Shown: positions 1 to 10,688, counted from the first letter of the whole stretch. The stretch is 63,528 nt of DNA, filler included, from Octopus bimaculoides (GCF_001194135.2; 8 parts of 7 records of this genome joined end to end with filler, not necessarily neighbours in it); one strand, 5' to 3'. Numbers and translations: made by a program. Notes: a model not told the origin generated them from the sequence alone.

Positions 1-189
1 CGCTTGACAACCGATGCTGGTGTGTTTACGTCCCCATAACTTAGCGGTTCGGCAAAAAGAGACCGATAGAATAAGTACTAGGCTTACAAAGAATAAGTCC
101 TGGGATCGATTTCCTCGACTAAAGGCGGTGCTCCAGCATGGCCACAGTCAAATGACTGAAACAAGTAAAAGAGTAAAAGAGTAAAAGAG
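1..189 (+). mobile_element. 3' part of abundant SINE family C (ends CAGTCAAATGACTGAAACAAGT(AAAAGAGT)n)
   Basis: The same sequence recurs at about 12680-13030(-), 17800-18090(+), 30005-30420(-), 38511-38660(+), 47340-47565(+) and 61095-61390(-). Full copies carry a tRNA-like head with a GGTTCAGTCCC B-box. Confidence 0.85.
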
Positions 190-397
190 AGGAAATCAAT
201 ATCCAAATTTCCGAAAGATATATGTTTAATGTGACACAGTAATATTTTGAATTATAATTAAATTAAAATTTAAGATGTACAAAATATAAATATATATAAA
301 AAATATAAATGTATATAAAAATACATGCGTATATATAAATGTATATAATGTATGCGTAATTGAGCATAAATATTATGAAAGTCTAAAAATTGAAAAG

Positions 398-487
398 CAT
401 CTGACGATCGTTTCATGGAAATTATTGCCTCCCCAATGTAATCAATATAGATAAGCATACTGACATTAATTCCGCACTTCAGAGATG
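398..487 (-). ncRNA. Type-I hammerhead ribozyme motif with A9U core variant
   Basis: Minus strand reads CATCT-CTGAAGT-long helix II-GAAA-CGATCG-TC-AGATG. Helix I is CATCT/AGATG, helix III is the palindrome ACGATCGT, and the cleavage triplet is GUC. Confidence 0.7.
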
Positions 488-1079
488 AATGGGTTTTTTA
501 TATACGTGTTAAAAACGAATGGTATATATAAGATGATATTAATTAAAATATTAAAAAATATTAAGAATATTAAAAATATTAAAATGTATAATGTCCTTTA
601 AGAGTTTGTAAAAGTAATCCCTCCTATAATTTGGAAAGTTCATATTTTTCATTTGTAGAAATTTTAAATGATATATATGTTTTAAAAAAATTGATGTTTT
701 TCAGAATATTTAAGAATGCGGTATATAATTATAGTAAAGTTCATCTTGTTGTTGGATATATTGGTAATTGATGTGACTCATAGGATTACCAATATATCCA
801 TGTTTTTCAGAATATTTAAGAATGCGGTATGAACTTTACTATAATTATATACCGAATTCTTAAATATTCTGAAAAACATATCAATTTTTTAAAAAATACA
901 TATCATTTAAAATTTCTACAAATGAAAAATATGAATTTTCCAAATTATAGGAGGGATTACTTTTACAAACTCTTAAAGGACAATATACATTTTAATATTC
1001 TTAATATTCTTAATATTTTAATTAATATCATCTTATTATATATACCATTCATTTTTAACACGTATATAAAAACTCCATT

Positions 1080-1157
1080 CATCTCCGAAGAGCGGAATTA
1101 TTGCCAGTATACTTATCTATATTGATTACATTGTAGAGGCAATAATGTCCGTGAAAC
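1080..1157 (+). ncRNA. Truncated twin hammerhead (U4C; helix III and 3' helix I deleted)
   Basis: CATCT-CCGAAGA-GCGGA ATTATTGCC...GGCAATAAT G TCCGT-GAAAC. It is the inverted copy of 398-487, and the deletion joins AAAC microhomologies. Confidence 0.55.
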
Positions 1158-1733
1158 ATATATCTTTCGGAAATTTGGATATTGATTTCCTGTGAATATT
1201 ATTAATAATTTCATAAATTTATTAATGATATAAAAACACCTGTTACAGTCTGTCATACCGGCCATGATGAAATACCACAAGGTATAGAAAATATGTATTC
1301 GCCTTTATATATTTAATCCTTTATATTGAACACTCAATATTTCATATATTCAATAAGACATATTCCATATATTCAATAAGACATTCAATACTTCATTTCA
1401 TTGTACCATCCATCTTTTTTTATATTATATATTCCATATTCTATATCCCACATTAATTTTACAAGAAAAAACAGACAGAGTTGGAACTCTTTTAAATAAA
1501 ATAATATATNNNNNNNNNNTATATATATATGAATATATATATATATATACATATATAAGTCAGTAAATAGTGGGGTTGTGTTATATATATACATATATAT
1601 ATATATTCATATATATATATATATATACATATATATTTGGAAGGAATGGCAACAAAAGAAAGAAAGAGACCTCGATATTATGCAAATAGAGGAATGTATC
1701 TGTAAAGATATGTGACACTTATTCAGTAGCCAT

Positions 1734-1795
1734 GATAAAACTCAGAGTTTCCGATGCCCGGGTGGGGTTCCGTTCCAACCATCTCTTCAGTTATC
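1734..1795 (-). ncRNA. Type-I hammerhead motif in the 3' tail of a Naiad-like PLE
   Basis: GATAA-CTGAAGA-GATG...CATC-G-GAAA-CTCTGAG-TT-TTATC. Helix I is 5 bp, helix III is ACTC/GAGT, and there is one extra G before GAAA. It lies about 540 nt downstream of the endonuclease ORF on the same strand. Confidence 0.6.
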
Positions 1796-2335
1796 CAGCC
1801 ACCGGAGATTCTTTTGAAAAATAACCGTTAGGGAAATAAGCAGGGAAAAATAAACAAACATAAACAAAGGGAAATTACTGTGTGGTGTCAGAACCCGTCT
1901 AAATTTGCGTATATCATACACGCACGCACATATCTCAATGTGTGTATGTTTATATCTACATGCGCACGTATCCTCGCACATATAATGTTCCTTGTGCATG
2001 CCTATAAGCGCACTGAAAAAGTTTGGAGGGGAGAAAAACAGAAAAACTATATGTGGAAAAATACAAAAACCATTAACTCTATACCTATGTAAAAACCTAA
2101 AAATAATTAAAAATATATTATAATATCGAAATATAAAAACCAAAAATAAAAATATAAGATTCAGGTAAAAAGTGAAAAAGGTGAAAAAACTTAATATGGA
2201 AGCCTATCAGTGCTGCCCATCAGCACAAATATTAAAAAATATATAAAAAAAATATGTATATATAGTATAAGAAATAATTATAGAGACACAAAAAAAATAT
2301 ATATATGTAATAGAAAGCAAGTCCAATCTGTAGCC

Positions 2336-2758
2336 TCAGGGGGACCAAAAACGTAGCAAATATTTGGTCACATGTGGACATGATCCGAAGAGTTCAGTCT
2401 TTGAATTTAGACATGTGGTGGGGTCCAAGCTGCCTTTCCAAATAAGCCATCTTTCCATATCACACAGACTGCACCTTCCACTACCGCTGGTGTAGGGTTT
2501 ACACTTAGCTAAGATCTTCCAATGGATGTTGTAACCGGCATCTTTATCTCTTAAAGACCATATATGACTGGATAATTTTGTCGTTTTTCTTTTATCCCAA
2601 TGCTTAAAACTCAAAGTGTGATTATTGTATCTGGCCTTGAAATTACTCTCTGTGAAGCCCATGTATTTCTTCGTGGAAACTGCATTCTTAGTGGATACGG
2701 AGTCTATGGTGGCTTAATAAATGATGGTTTTGGACATGCAAGCTCCATTTAGCGGTGC
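2336..2758 (-). pseudogene. GIY-YIG endonuclease remnant of a Naiad-like Penelope retroelement
   Basis: One frame reads APLNGACMSKTIIY*AT...KKYMGFTESNFKARYNNH...LSSHIWSL...IHWKIL...RCSLCDMER...LNSKTELFGSCPH. This matches the CPLxGxC / YxG / FKxRYxNH / CxLCxxE / LNxxxE / CxH pattern, with one in-frame TAA. Confidence 0.85.
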
Positions 2759-2948
2759 CCAGTACTCGATTTGATCCCATAAAAACAAATAAAATCAGTG
2801 ACAGGCAGAGTCTTCTTGATAATCTAGTAACATCTATACTGTAGTAGAAGCAATATGTTCTTTGTCTATCGCCTTAACTTCTTGGAGATTTTAGGTATAA
2901 TTATACTAATGTGTCCATCTGTTCTAATTTAATTAAATTCTGTCTTTG

Positions 2949-3035
2949 TGCAGCTGAGGATTGCTCTGCATTTTAAATTGATGTAATGATTGCATTGTTC
3001 AATTAAATGGAGTTGCATGAAACAATCGTACTGCA
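2949..3035 (+). ncRNA. Type-I hammerhead motif
   Basis: TGCAG-CTGAGGA-(T)TGC...GCA(T)-GAAA-CAATCG-TA-CTGCA. Helix I is perfect (TGCAG/CTGCA), the core is intact, and the triplet is GUA. Confidence 0.7.
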
Positions 3036-3066
3036 TTACCTCTGGATATCCTTGTTGCTTATTTTG

Positions 3067-3100
<34 letters not shown>

Positions 3101-3345
3101 TTTATTGAATGGGGTCCATAAAGAATCAAGGCATATCAAAGTGAAGAATGCCACAAATTGGTTAGACAAAACAGACTGTCAAGTTATTGATTGTCTTTGC
3201 AGAGAATACATTGATGAGAGAAGATCACTGTCATTTGGTAATCCACAATTCCAATATGATTCAAAAGTAATGAAAGATGAAGGGAAACTTAAGCATGGTG
3301 TTAAAACATAATAAAAACAGATAAATTGGTTATATGATGTTGCTA

Positions 3346-3770
3346 ACAAGAAAACATGTACATAACTTCATGCACCGCATGCAATTTTCTGGTATGACCA
3401 GAAAGATAGGATTTGTGTATACAGGGGAGCTAGAAAGAAGTTAGATAGCATCATATGTAATGAAGCCAGTGGTATCTGCCCTAGATACAGAGGTAAAGAC
3501 TGGAATAATATACAGACGGTTTGTGACAAAGCAAAAATAAGAACACATGGTACAAGGCTGACAAATATCAAGGAGTGATATTTGTAGTGGCCACACCCCA
3601 TGGGGAATTAGCCTGTAGATTTAGGAAGTCTCTGAGGGAGACCAAACTTAGCATTAAGATTGTTGAGAAGCCAGAGAACTCCATCAGATTACAATTATGG
3701 AGGACATACCCCTTCGAAAATACTACATGCACTAATGAGAACTGAGTGGTATGTAAGACTAACCCTGTAT
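3346..3770 (+). pseudogene. PLE thumb/linker remnant, Nematis-like
   Basis: Frameshifted translation KHVHNFMHRMQFSG/YDQKDR...GICPRYRGKDW/KNTWYKADKYQGVIFVVATPHGELACR...IKIVEKPENSI...TYPFENTTC..*VVC resembles the RMQxSGY..PxYR..W..KY..V.FV..TP..IKxVE pattern I recall from PLEs. The clade assignment is inference. Confidence 0.65.
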
Positions 3771-3779
3771 ACACACATA

Positions 3780-4205
3780 CATACATTTACTAGTAGGTTG
3801 TTATGTAGGCAAATATATATATATAGGTAAATAGATATGTAGGTAAACAGATAAATACATTGGTAAGTCAACAGATAGGTACACAGGTAATATAGCTAGA
3901 GAAACACACACACACACACACACAAGGAGACAGAAATACATGACCATATATACACATGAAGACATGTAGAGACACATATCCATGCATAACAGATGCATGT
4001 ACATAGTCACAAAGACTCATATACATAGACACACTCATATACACACATGCAAGGAAATAGAGGTGCACACTCAAACACACGCACATACATACACAAACAT
4101 ACACACACAAAAACACATACATATGCAGAATACATATGTACACACACATTCATACATGCATACATATGTGCATAGATATGCACACTAGTGCAAATACATG
4201 TGCAT
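3780..4205. repeat. Compound (CA/TA/GATA) microsatellite
   Basis: Directly visible dinucleotide and tetranucleotide runs. They account for the CVCV/HTHT ORFs here. Confidence 0.9.
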
Positions 4206-4659
4206 AAACAGACAAAAGGAACACAACTCCAATAATGGACAGAGTCAACATCCATTGACAAGGTTGCAAAAGCAATGAAAATATTGGAAAAGAGAAAAAT
4301 ATAAATAATAAATAAGAGGGAAATTGAACCAGTGAGTGTCTTAGATATTAAGGCAGTATGACTGCCCCCAGACACAACAAAATAATACAATTAGATTGCT
4401 TAATATGTTAATAGATTAATGACTTCTTTAGGATGTTTATGCCTGTCCTTTACAGATGACATTGCTTGGCTTAATGACTTCCTTAAGATATTAATGCCTA
4501 TAACTATCCTTATATTTTACAACCTTATTACATTACCCACTCTCCTAGATTGGAGACACACCCTCTAGAATTTTATTGAATATTAGTCATACTGATAGAA
4601 ATTTTACTTGTCAATGATCTGTTGATTAATCAACAAGTTATCATTCACCTGCTTATTTG

Positions 4660-4753
4660 GTGGCCTGATGAGTTGGGAGTTATATAACATATTAATCAAT
4701 CAATTATATTATGCTTATTGCACAAAAATTTCTAATGAAACAATTGTAGCAAT
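4660..4753 (+). ncRNA. Type-I hammerhead motif
   Basis: GTGGC-CTGATGA-GTTGGGAGTT...AATTTCTAAT-GAAA-CAATTG-TA-GCAAT. Helix II is 10 bp with G-U pairs, helix III is the palindrome ACAATTGT, and helix I has one mismatch. Confidence 0.65.
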
Positions 4754-5192
4754 ATCAGATAACCCATTTGTCTATTTTGTGTGTGTGTGTATGTGTGTGT
4801 GTAATGAAATGTTAGCGCTAAACAGTGCTTAGGCATAAGCAGAATTTAGGTTAGTTGAAATATGTTTGTGACATATTTCAACTGCTAAAAGGCAAATACA
4901 CTGTAGTTACCCTGGAGAATATATCTCCTTTATGGTAAAAAAGTGTGAAAACATCTGGTTCATTCAGGATCCCATACATCGATGTTTCAAGCTTCTTGGC
5001 TCTTGTCACATATATAAGTGAAAATGGATGTGCTAGCTGTGTGACAAAGGTTGTGGCTTTTGATAGTATCGATGTTACTTGACCCAGTGAAATTCAAATA
5101 ATTTTATAGCAGGTTTATTGTTTTGTATAAAGAATACAGCTAATATGAGAGAAAATCATGAAATATGAAGTTGGTATTTCTTCATTTCATAT

Positions 5193-5242
5193 CTATAATG
5201 CACATTTCTGTGTTCAAGTATGCTAATCACATCATCAGACAG
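5193..5242 (-). ncRNA. Compact type-I hammerhead motif
   Basis: CTGT-CTGATGA-TGTG...CACA-GAAA-TGTGCA-TT-ATAG. Helices I and II are 4 bp each, and helix III ATGTGCAT is one change from the palindrome ATGCGCAT. Confidence 0.5.
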
Positions 5243-5585
5243 GAATCAGAATACAATTAAATTCAGTCAAGCTACATATATATATGCTTTAAAATAGTTG
5301 ATTCATAAAAAGGCACACACACACACACACACACACAGATATAGGTGCATACCTGTGTCCACTCACAGCTATATATATATACATATGTATACCCTCGTTT
5401 TGGTCTAACTTGTCATTTAATGCTCGAAATGAAGAGTAGATAGACAGCTGACAACTGATGAAGGGTCATTCTTTGTGTTACTTGTCCTGTTTTCCATTTG
5501 TTTCTCTTGTTGTTTGCATATTGAACTCATTTGTTTTCGTACTTCATGTTGTTTACTGTTGGTGACATCCTGTACCCATATATGT

Positions 5586-5791
5586 ATCATCATCATCATC
5601 ATCATCGTTTAACGTCCACTTTCCATGCTAGCATGGGTTGGACGATTTGACTGAGGACTGGTGAAACCGGATGGCAACACCAGGCTCCAGTCTGATTTGG
5701 CAGAGTTTCTACAGCTGGATGCCCTTCCTAACGCCAACCACTCAGAGAGTGTAGTGGGTGCTTTTACGTGTCACCCGCACGAAAACGGCCA
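5586..5791 (-). mobile_element. 5'-truncated RTE LINE 3' end with (GAT)n tail
   Basis: (CAT)n followed by CGTTTAACGTCCACTTTCCATGCTAGCATGGGTTGGACG. It is near-identical to copies at 45449, 51017, 51389-51700 and 57820-58025. Longer copies (54806, 50430) connect to an RTE C-terminus. Confidence 0.85.
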
Positions 5792-8617
5792 TGTATATAT
5801 ATGGGAAAAGTAAGAAGAAAGAAGCAAAAAAAAAAAAAGCACAGTGAATATAAAAAAAAATAAAGGCTTTTTTATGAAAAGTAGCGATAAATAAATACAA
5901 TTAGATGAACTGAGGTAGAATTAAGAGGAATTAAATTCATTATTTTGAATTGTTAAAGAGGTTCAAAGTCAAACCAGTATCGTCTTTACTTTTCACTGGC
6001 TTTGAATGTGCACTGATTATTAAATGGTGTTCGGGTCTACTAGTCCCTGAGTAAAAAAAGATTGTGTAAGGGAGGTAAGTAGTTCTGGACAAGGTGCAAT
6101 TAGGGTCGATATAATACTGTAATATGAATAGTGTAAGGGATGTATGGGTGCTAGTGGTATTATTGGTAAGGTTAGTCGTGTTCTTTATTATGTTGTGTTC
6201 ATGTTAAGTTGTGGATGATATTTATTGATGAAAGTTGCTTCTTTATTCATTCTTTGCTGTACTGAGGTGTTCTGTGAACATTGACAGAAGGGGAAAATTA
6301 GGAAANNNNNNNNNNTGTTCTGTGAACATTGACAGAAGGGGAAAATTAGGAAATTAGGATTAAGGTTCCTAGCACACCTATCTATGTGTTCACTGACCTG
6401 TATCTGTCTGTATTGTGGGTGGCGGATTTGTTCTTCGACGGAGTGATATTCCTGTTTGGCCAATATATTGATTACCTCACCCTAAGCAGGTAATGGCATA
6501 GATTAGGTTTTCTGAGGCACAGGTGAAATTTGATTTAATCTTAAATATTAAACCTTGTTTAAAGTGGAACTCTGAACCCGCCAAAAGGTGGAGACATATG
6601 CCACAGTTAGACTGACCACATTTTTTCATTTTTAGTTCCCTTGTTAATGGATAAAGTCTTGCGCTGGTTAAAATTTTTTTCAATGATTTCGGTTGCATTT
6701 TGCTCTTGATAATTTTGTGTGAGCCTAAAATTTTGTTCATTGTTTTATCTCCTGTGAGAATGGGTAGATTTTGGATGATAGTGTTAAAAGCTTTGTTGTT
6801 TCTAGGGTTATGTGTGCAGATGTATGGGAGTATTTTTAAGTCTGGTTTAGTATTTCGGTTGACTTCCCTTAGTGTTCATACGTCTATTTCCTTTGCTCAT
6901 TTAATCCCATCGTTTATTAATGACGTTGGGTAATGTCCCTTGATTAGTATTGATCTGAGTTCAAGGAATCTTTGTTCACAAGTATTGGTGTCCAAAACTA
7001 TGGTACTGATTCTTTTTGCTAGATTGTAAGGTATATTCATTTTTATGTGTTTGGGGTGGCATGAGTTGAATAATAGATATTGTTTTGAATCTGTAGGTTT
7101 ATAGAAGATGTCTGTTTTGGTGTGGTTATTGACTATTTTAATTCTGATGTCAAGAAAAGGGAGTTGTTTATTGCTGTGTTCCATGGTAAATTGTATGTTG
7201 CTATTGATATTGTTGAGCATTATTTTGAAATTGAGGAGTTTGTCCATGCTATCTTTCCAAAGTATAAAGCAATCATCTAAATACCTCTTCCAGTTCTCCT
7301 TTAAATAGCAATGAATTGAGGTGCCATATTTTTGTAGTGATTATTGGTATATTTTAAGTTCTAGGTAACCCATTACAAGGTTCGCAATCACTGGGGCAGC
7401 TTGGGCTCCCATTATAATTCCACATTTTTGTCAATAGTAGACTGTATCGAACATGAAATAGTTGTTCAGTAGGATGAATTTCAGTGCTGTCATTATGAAT
7501 CTGTGGTTGATGCATCCTGGGATCTCTGGGTATTTTTCTAGCCAAAAGGTGATTGCTTCTATGCCATAATCATGTAGGATATTGGTGTGCAGGTTCACCA
7601 CATCGAATGATACTAACAGGGTTCCTTCATTTATTCTCTTCGGGAGGTGGTTAAGCATGTCTAAGTCATCCCCGATGAAGCTTTTCACATATTTTAGAAA
7701 CGGTTTGAGTAAGATGTCGAGGAAGTTGCTCAAACAGGGTCTTAGTTTGAGGTAAGTAGGAGGAGGAACATTAATGCTTAGGCTTGGAGAATCTTTGCAA
7801 TATGTAGATATTTGTGTATTTTAGGTAATTTGTAGAGTAGACTTGGTTTGTATTTAAAATTAGATAAATAGTCAATTTCTTTTTTAGTGAGGCCCTTTCC
7901 ATGTATTTGAAGTAAGGAGGATAAGTTTTTAAGTGTCTGTTTTCTGTGGGTTATATTGTACTATCTTCTCATAGTAAATATTATTTTCCAGCATGGAGAG
8001 TACTAAATTTTTATAGTACTCTGTGTCCATCACTACTACCGCACTTCCTTTATTGGCTTCTTTAATCGTCAGATTTGTATCATTTTTTAACTCGATTAGG
8101 TTTTTCCACTCATTTGTGTTAAGGCTGGATTTAATTCCTTGTTTTTGTAGGGTATTGAAAAGAAAGTTGGTAATGTGTTCACCAAAATCATCAAGTACTT
8201 TATTTCTCCATTTTGTAGGACAGTATTCGTTTTTGTTTTTTACTAACGAGTCATCTTCACTGGTGTAGTTGTGGAGTGCTTCTGAGAGGTGCAATTTGCA
8301 ACAAAAATCCATAGTGTTATCCTTAATTTCATTTGGGTTTGATCTGCAAGGGGTTGGTGTAAACTTTAAACCCCATGCTAGAATTTTAGTTTGTGTAGTA
8401 CTTAGGATTTTCTTTGATAAGTTGATTATTTTCGGTTGTACATTTTGTTCCATTTCACATCACTGTTTCTTTGATTTAGGTCTAAAAAAAGGGTTCTAGG
8501 AGGTGGATTGTTGTGGGAAGTCTGTATTGTTGTTTGGTTTGGTGAGGAAAAAATGGGATGTAGTGTGTCTGTGGTAGTATGTTTGTGGTGGGGTGACTGT
8601 AGCAGACTAGATTATGG

Positions 8618-9315
8618 GGATCTTGTTCAAAACGGGGGCACCAGTTTTCATTAATGTTTTATGTAGTGTTTTTGGTACCGAAAGACTTTCAAACTTTGTA
8701 TACTTATCTATTTTGTGTTATAGAACAGAAAAAAATTTTTGTATTCGAATTTATTTCATGTAAAAAATTGTCTTATTTCGATAATTTCAACCAATCACTG
8801 ACAAGTATTCAGCTGTTTACACTTACTCCTTTGGCAGTTTAAGCGGTGTAAAGCGTATTTAATCTCCATTTATAATTTCGTTAACATCTGCCTGAACTAT
8901 ATGTGTACATTTGCTTCTTTCATTTTCTTTCACGCGTGTTTATTTCGTTAACATCTGCCTGAACTGTATGAAAGGTTTATTAGCTACTGCCTAACCCTAA
9001 CCCTAACCCTAACCCTACTGCCAATATGCTTCAGCCATTTTTTGACAAGGAAATAATAATTTTATCACCGCCAGAATTGTTTGAGAATCGTTTGTTTACG
9101 TAGTCAGCACTTAATGTATTCGGCTGAATGGACGTCAGTCATTGGTTGAAATTACAGAAATACGACAACTTTAACATGAAATAACTTGCGATGTACGTTT
9201 TTTTTGTTAAGAAGACTAAGAGAAAAAGATGTTTATATGACACATTCTACCAGTGTCCCAAGTTTCAAAGTGTTTCGTTAAGAAAATACTGGTGCCCCCG
9301 TTTTGAACAAGATCC
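8618..9315. mobile_element. 698-bp non-autonomous DNA transposon (MITE), possibly Merlin-type
   Basis: Perfect 28-bp TIRs GGATCTTGTTCAAAACGGGGGCACCAGT (8618-8645; 9288-9315) and an 8-bp TSD GATTATGG (8610-8617; 9316-9323). GG termini with an 8-bp TSD fit Merlin, but the superfamily call is inference. Confidence 0.85.
8990..9015. repeat. About 4 copies of the telomeric-type hexamer CCCTAA inside the MITE
   Basis: CCTAACCCTAACCCTAACCCTAACCCT is directly visible. Confidence 0.85.
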
Positions 9316-9773
9316 GATTATGGTTGTACTGAAGGTTGTTATATTGTCTATGGTTGATGTGGTTTTGGTTAAATTTATTTTTCATTTTGTAATGTGGGTG
9401 GAGGGAGAAATTATGTTGTCTAGTTAGGTTGTGTCTAGTTGAATGCTTTAAGTATCCATATTGAGGGTTAAGTCTGGGAGGCAAATTTTTCCATTGACTG
9501 TAAGATGTTGGGAGTAGACTGGTAGGTAGTGGTTCCCGAAAGTTTAGGTTAGTTTGGAGACTTGGATGGATCTTTTGATTTGTATGCAGGAGTCCTTGAA
9601 AATTATGTCTGGATTTTCTATTACAAGCTGAATTCCTATTTGTTGTTTGAATGTTAGTTTTGGGTATAAGGGAGGTTAGGTCGGTGGAGTTGTGTCCCCT
9701 AGATTGTCTGTGGTTTGAGTTAGATAAATGTGGATTCATTTCTGCGTATAGTTTCTATTTTCAACCATATTTC

Positions 9774-9814
<41 letters not shown>

Positions 9815-9842
9815 TATATATGTATGTTATTTATATTATTAT

Positions 9843-10201
9843 GGAGGCGCAATGGCCCAGTGGTTAGGGCAGTGGACTTGCAGTCATAGGATCACGGTTT
9901 CGATTCCCAGACCAGGCGTTGTGAGTCTTTATTGAGCGAAAACCCCTAAAGCTCTACGAGGCTCCGGCAGGGGATGGTGGCGAACCCTACTGTACTCTTT
10001 CACCACAACTTTCTCTCACTCTTACTTCCTGTTTCTGTTGTGCCTGTAATTCAAAGGGTCAGCCTTGTCACACTGTGTCACGCTGAATATCCCCGAGAAC
10101 TACGTTAAAGGTACACATGTCTGTGGAGTGCTCAGCCACTTGCACGTTAATATCACGAGCAGGCTGTTCCGTTGATCGGATCAACTGGAACCCTCGACGT
10201 C
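9843..10201 (+). mobile_element. tRNA-derived SINE family A
   Basis: Head GGAGGCGCAATGGCCCAGTGGTTAGG (A box)...GGTTTCGATTCCC (B box). Homologous copies lie at 19940-20222(-), 23337-23718(+) and 29314-29471(+), with decayed copies at 16495-17270(-). Confidence 0.88.
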
Positions 10202-10688
10202 AATATTATTATACATACATACATACACTTATGCATGCATATATTAAATACAAAATTATAAATTATGAACCACCTTGTGGCCGAGCATAATTAATGGACA
10301 GTACCAGACAGTCATCCAGTATGATTGACAAGAACAGTATTGCTAGATCCATTTCACACTATGTATGCAAAAAATTTACATCTAACTAGGCAGAATGACA
10401 AGGGTAAAAAGAAACCACTTGGCTTCAGGAAAACTGTAATAAAACCTGAGGAGAGCATGATTTTATCAAAACCTTTTGGTGGAAGACTTCTAGAGTTATA
10501 TCTCTTATTGTGGATTAAAAAGAGGTAATAAAGTAATTAGGTAAAGTCATATAGTAAGGTAAGGTAGATTAGTAAAAGACACAAACTGTCTGTAACTGTG
10601 CTTTATATGCACACAAATAAATGAGAAGGAAGGAGGGAAAGACAGTGAGTGGGAGACAAGTAGAGAGATAGAGAGGTGTGGAGGATTA

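Larger units (their letters stand above)
190..1191. repeat. About 1 kb imperfect foldback (arms 190-744 and 829-1191), probably an inverted PLE tail
   Basis: The arms are reverse complements (e.g. AGGAAATCAATATCCAAATTTCCGAAAGATATATGTTT at 190-227 vs 1154-1191). The right arm lacks about 185 bp. The spacer holds a 16-bp nested inverted repeat (753-768/785-800) and a 31-bp direct copy (694-724 = 800-830). Confidence 0.85.
6188..9739 (-). mobile_element. Degenerate near-full-length Neptune-like Penelope retroelement (RT + Cys-rich linker + GIY-YIG)
   Basis: Motifs occur in order: IKEANKGSAVVVMD, YKLPKIHK, LVSFDVVNLHTNI, GIIMGAQAAPVIANL, WKRYLDDCF, LPFLDI, YKPTDSKQYL..SCHP, CGQSNCGIC, CASENLIYAITC, YIGQTG, KEATFINKYHPQLN. 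There are several stops and frameshifts, and the 5' region is split by a MITE. Confidence 0.92.

Noticed and set aside
1258-1303. ATGATGA-A-ATACC-ACAA-GGTAT-A-GAAA-ATATG-TA
   Set aside because: Helix II forms, but C3 is mutated and helices I and III fail. It is at best a fossil and is not counted as an HHR.
5650-5672. CTGAGGA-CTGGT-GAAA in RTE tails (also 51080 and other copies)
   Set aside because: Only 5 nt between the core halves, no helix II or I possible, and antisense to the element.
6020-6055. Possible HHR at the 3' tail of the Neptune-like element
   Set aside because: A GGG.CTA/TAGACCC stem is present, but both core halves are damaged (CTCA.., GAAC).
6268-6352. About 38-bp direct duplication inside the GIY-YIG region
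   Set aside because: It straddles a 10-N gap and is most likely an unmerged contig overlap.
8990-9015. Healed telomere or chromosome-fusion scar
   Set aside because: Only about 4 repeats, and they lie within a TIR/TSD-bounded MITE.
10440-10485. Other CTGANGA hits (10446, 28037 minus, 36684, 40990 minus, 49311, 61062)
   Set aside because: No GAAA at a compatible position, or no pairing helices.
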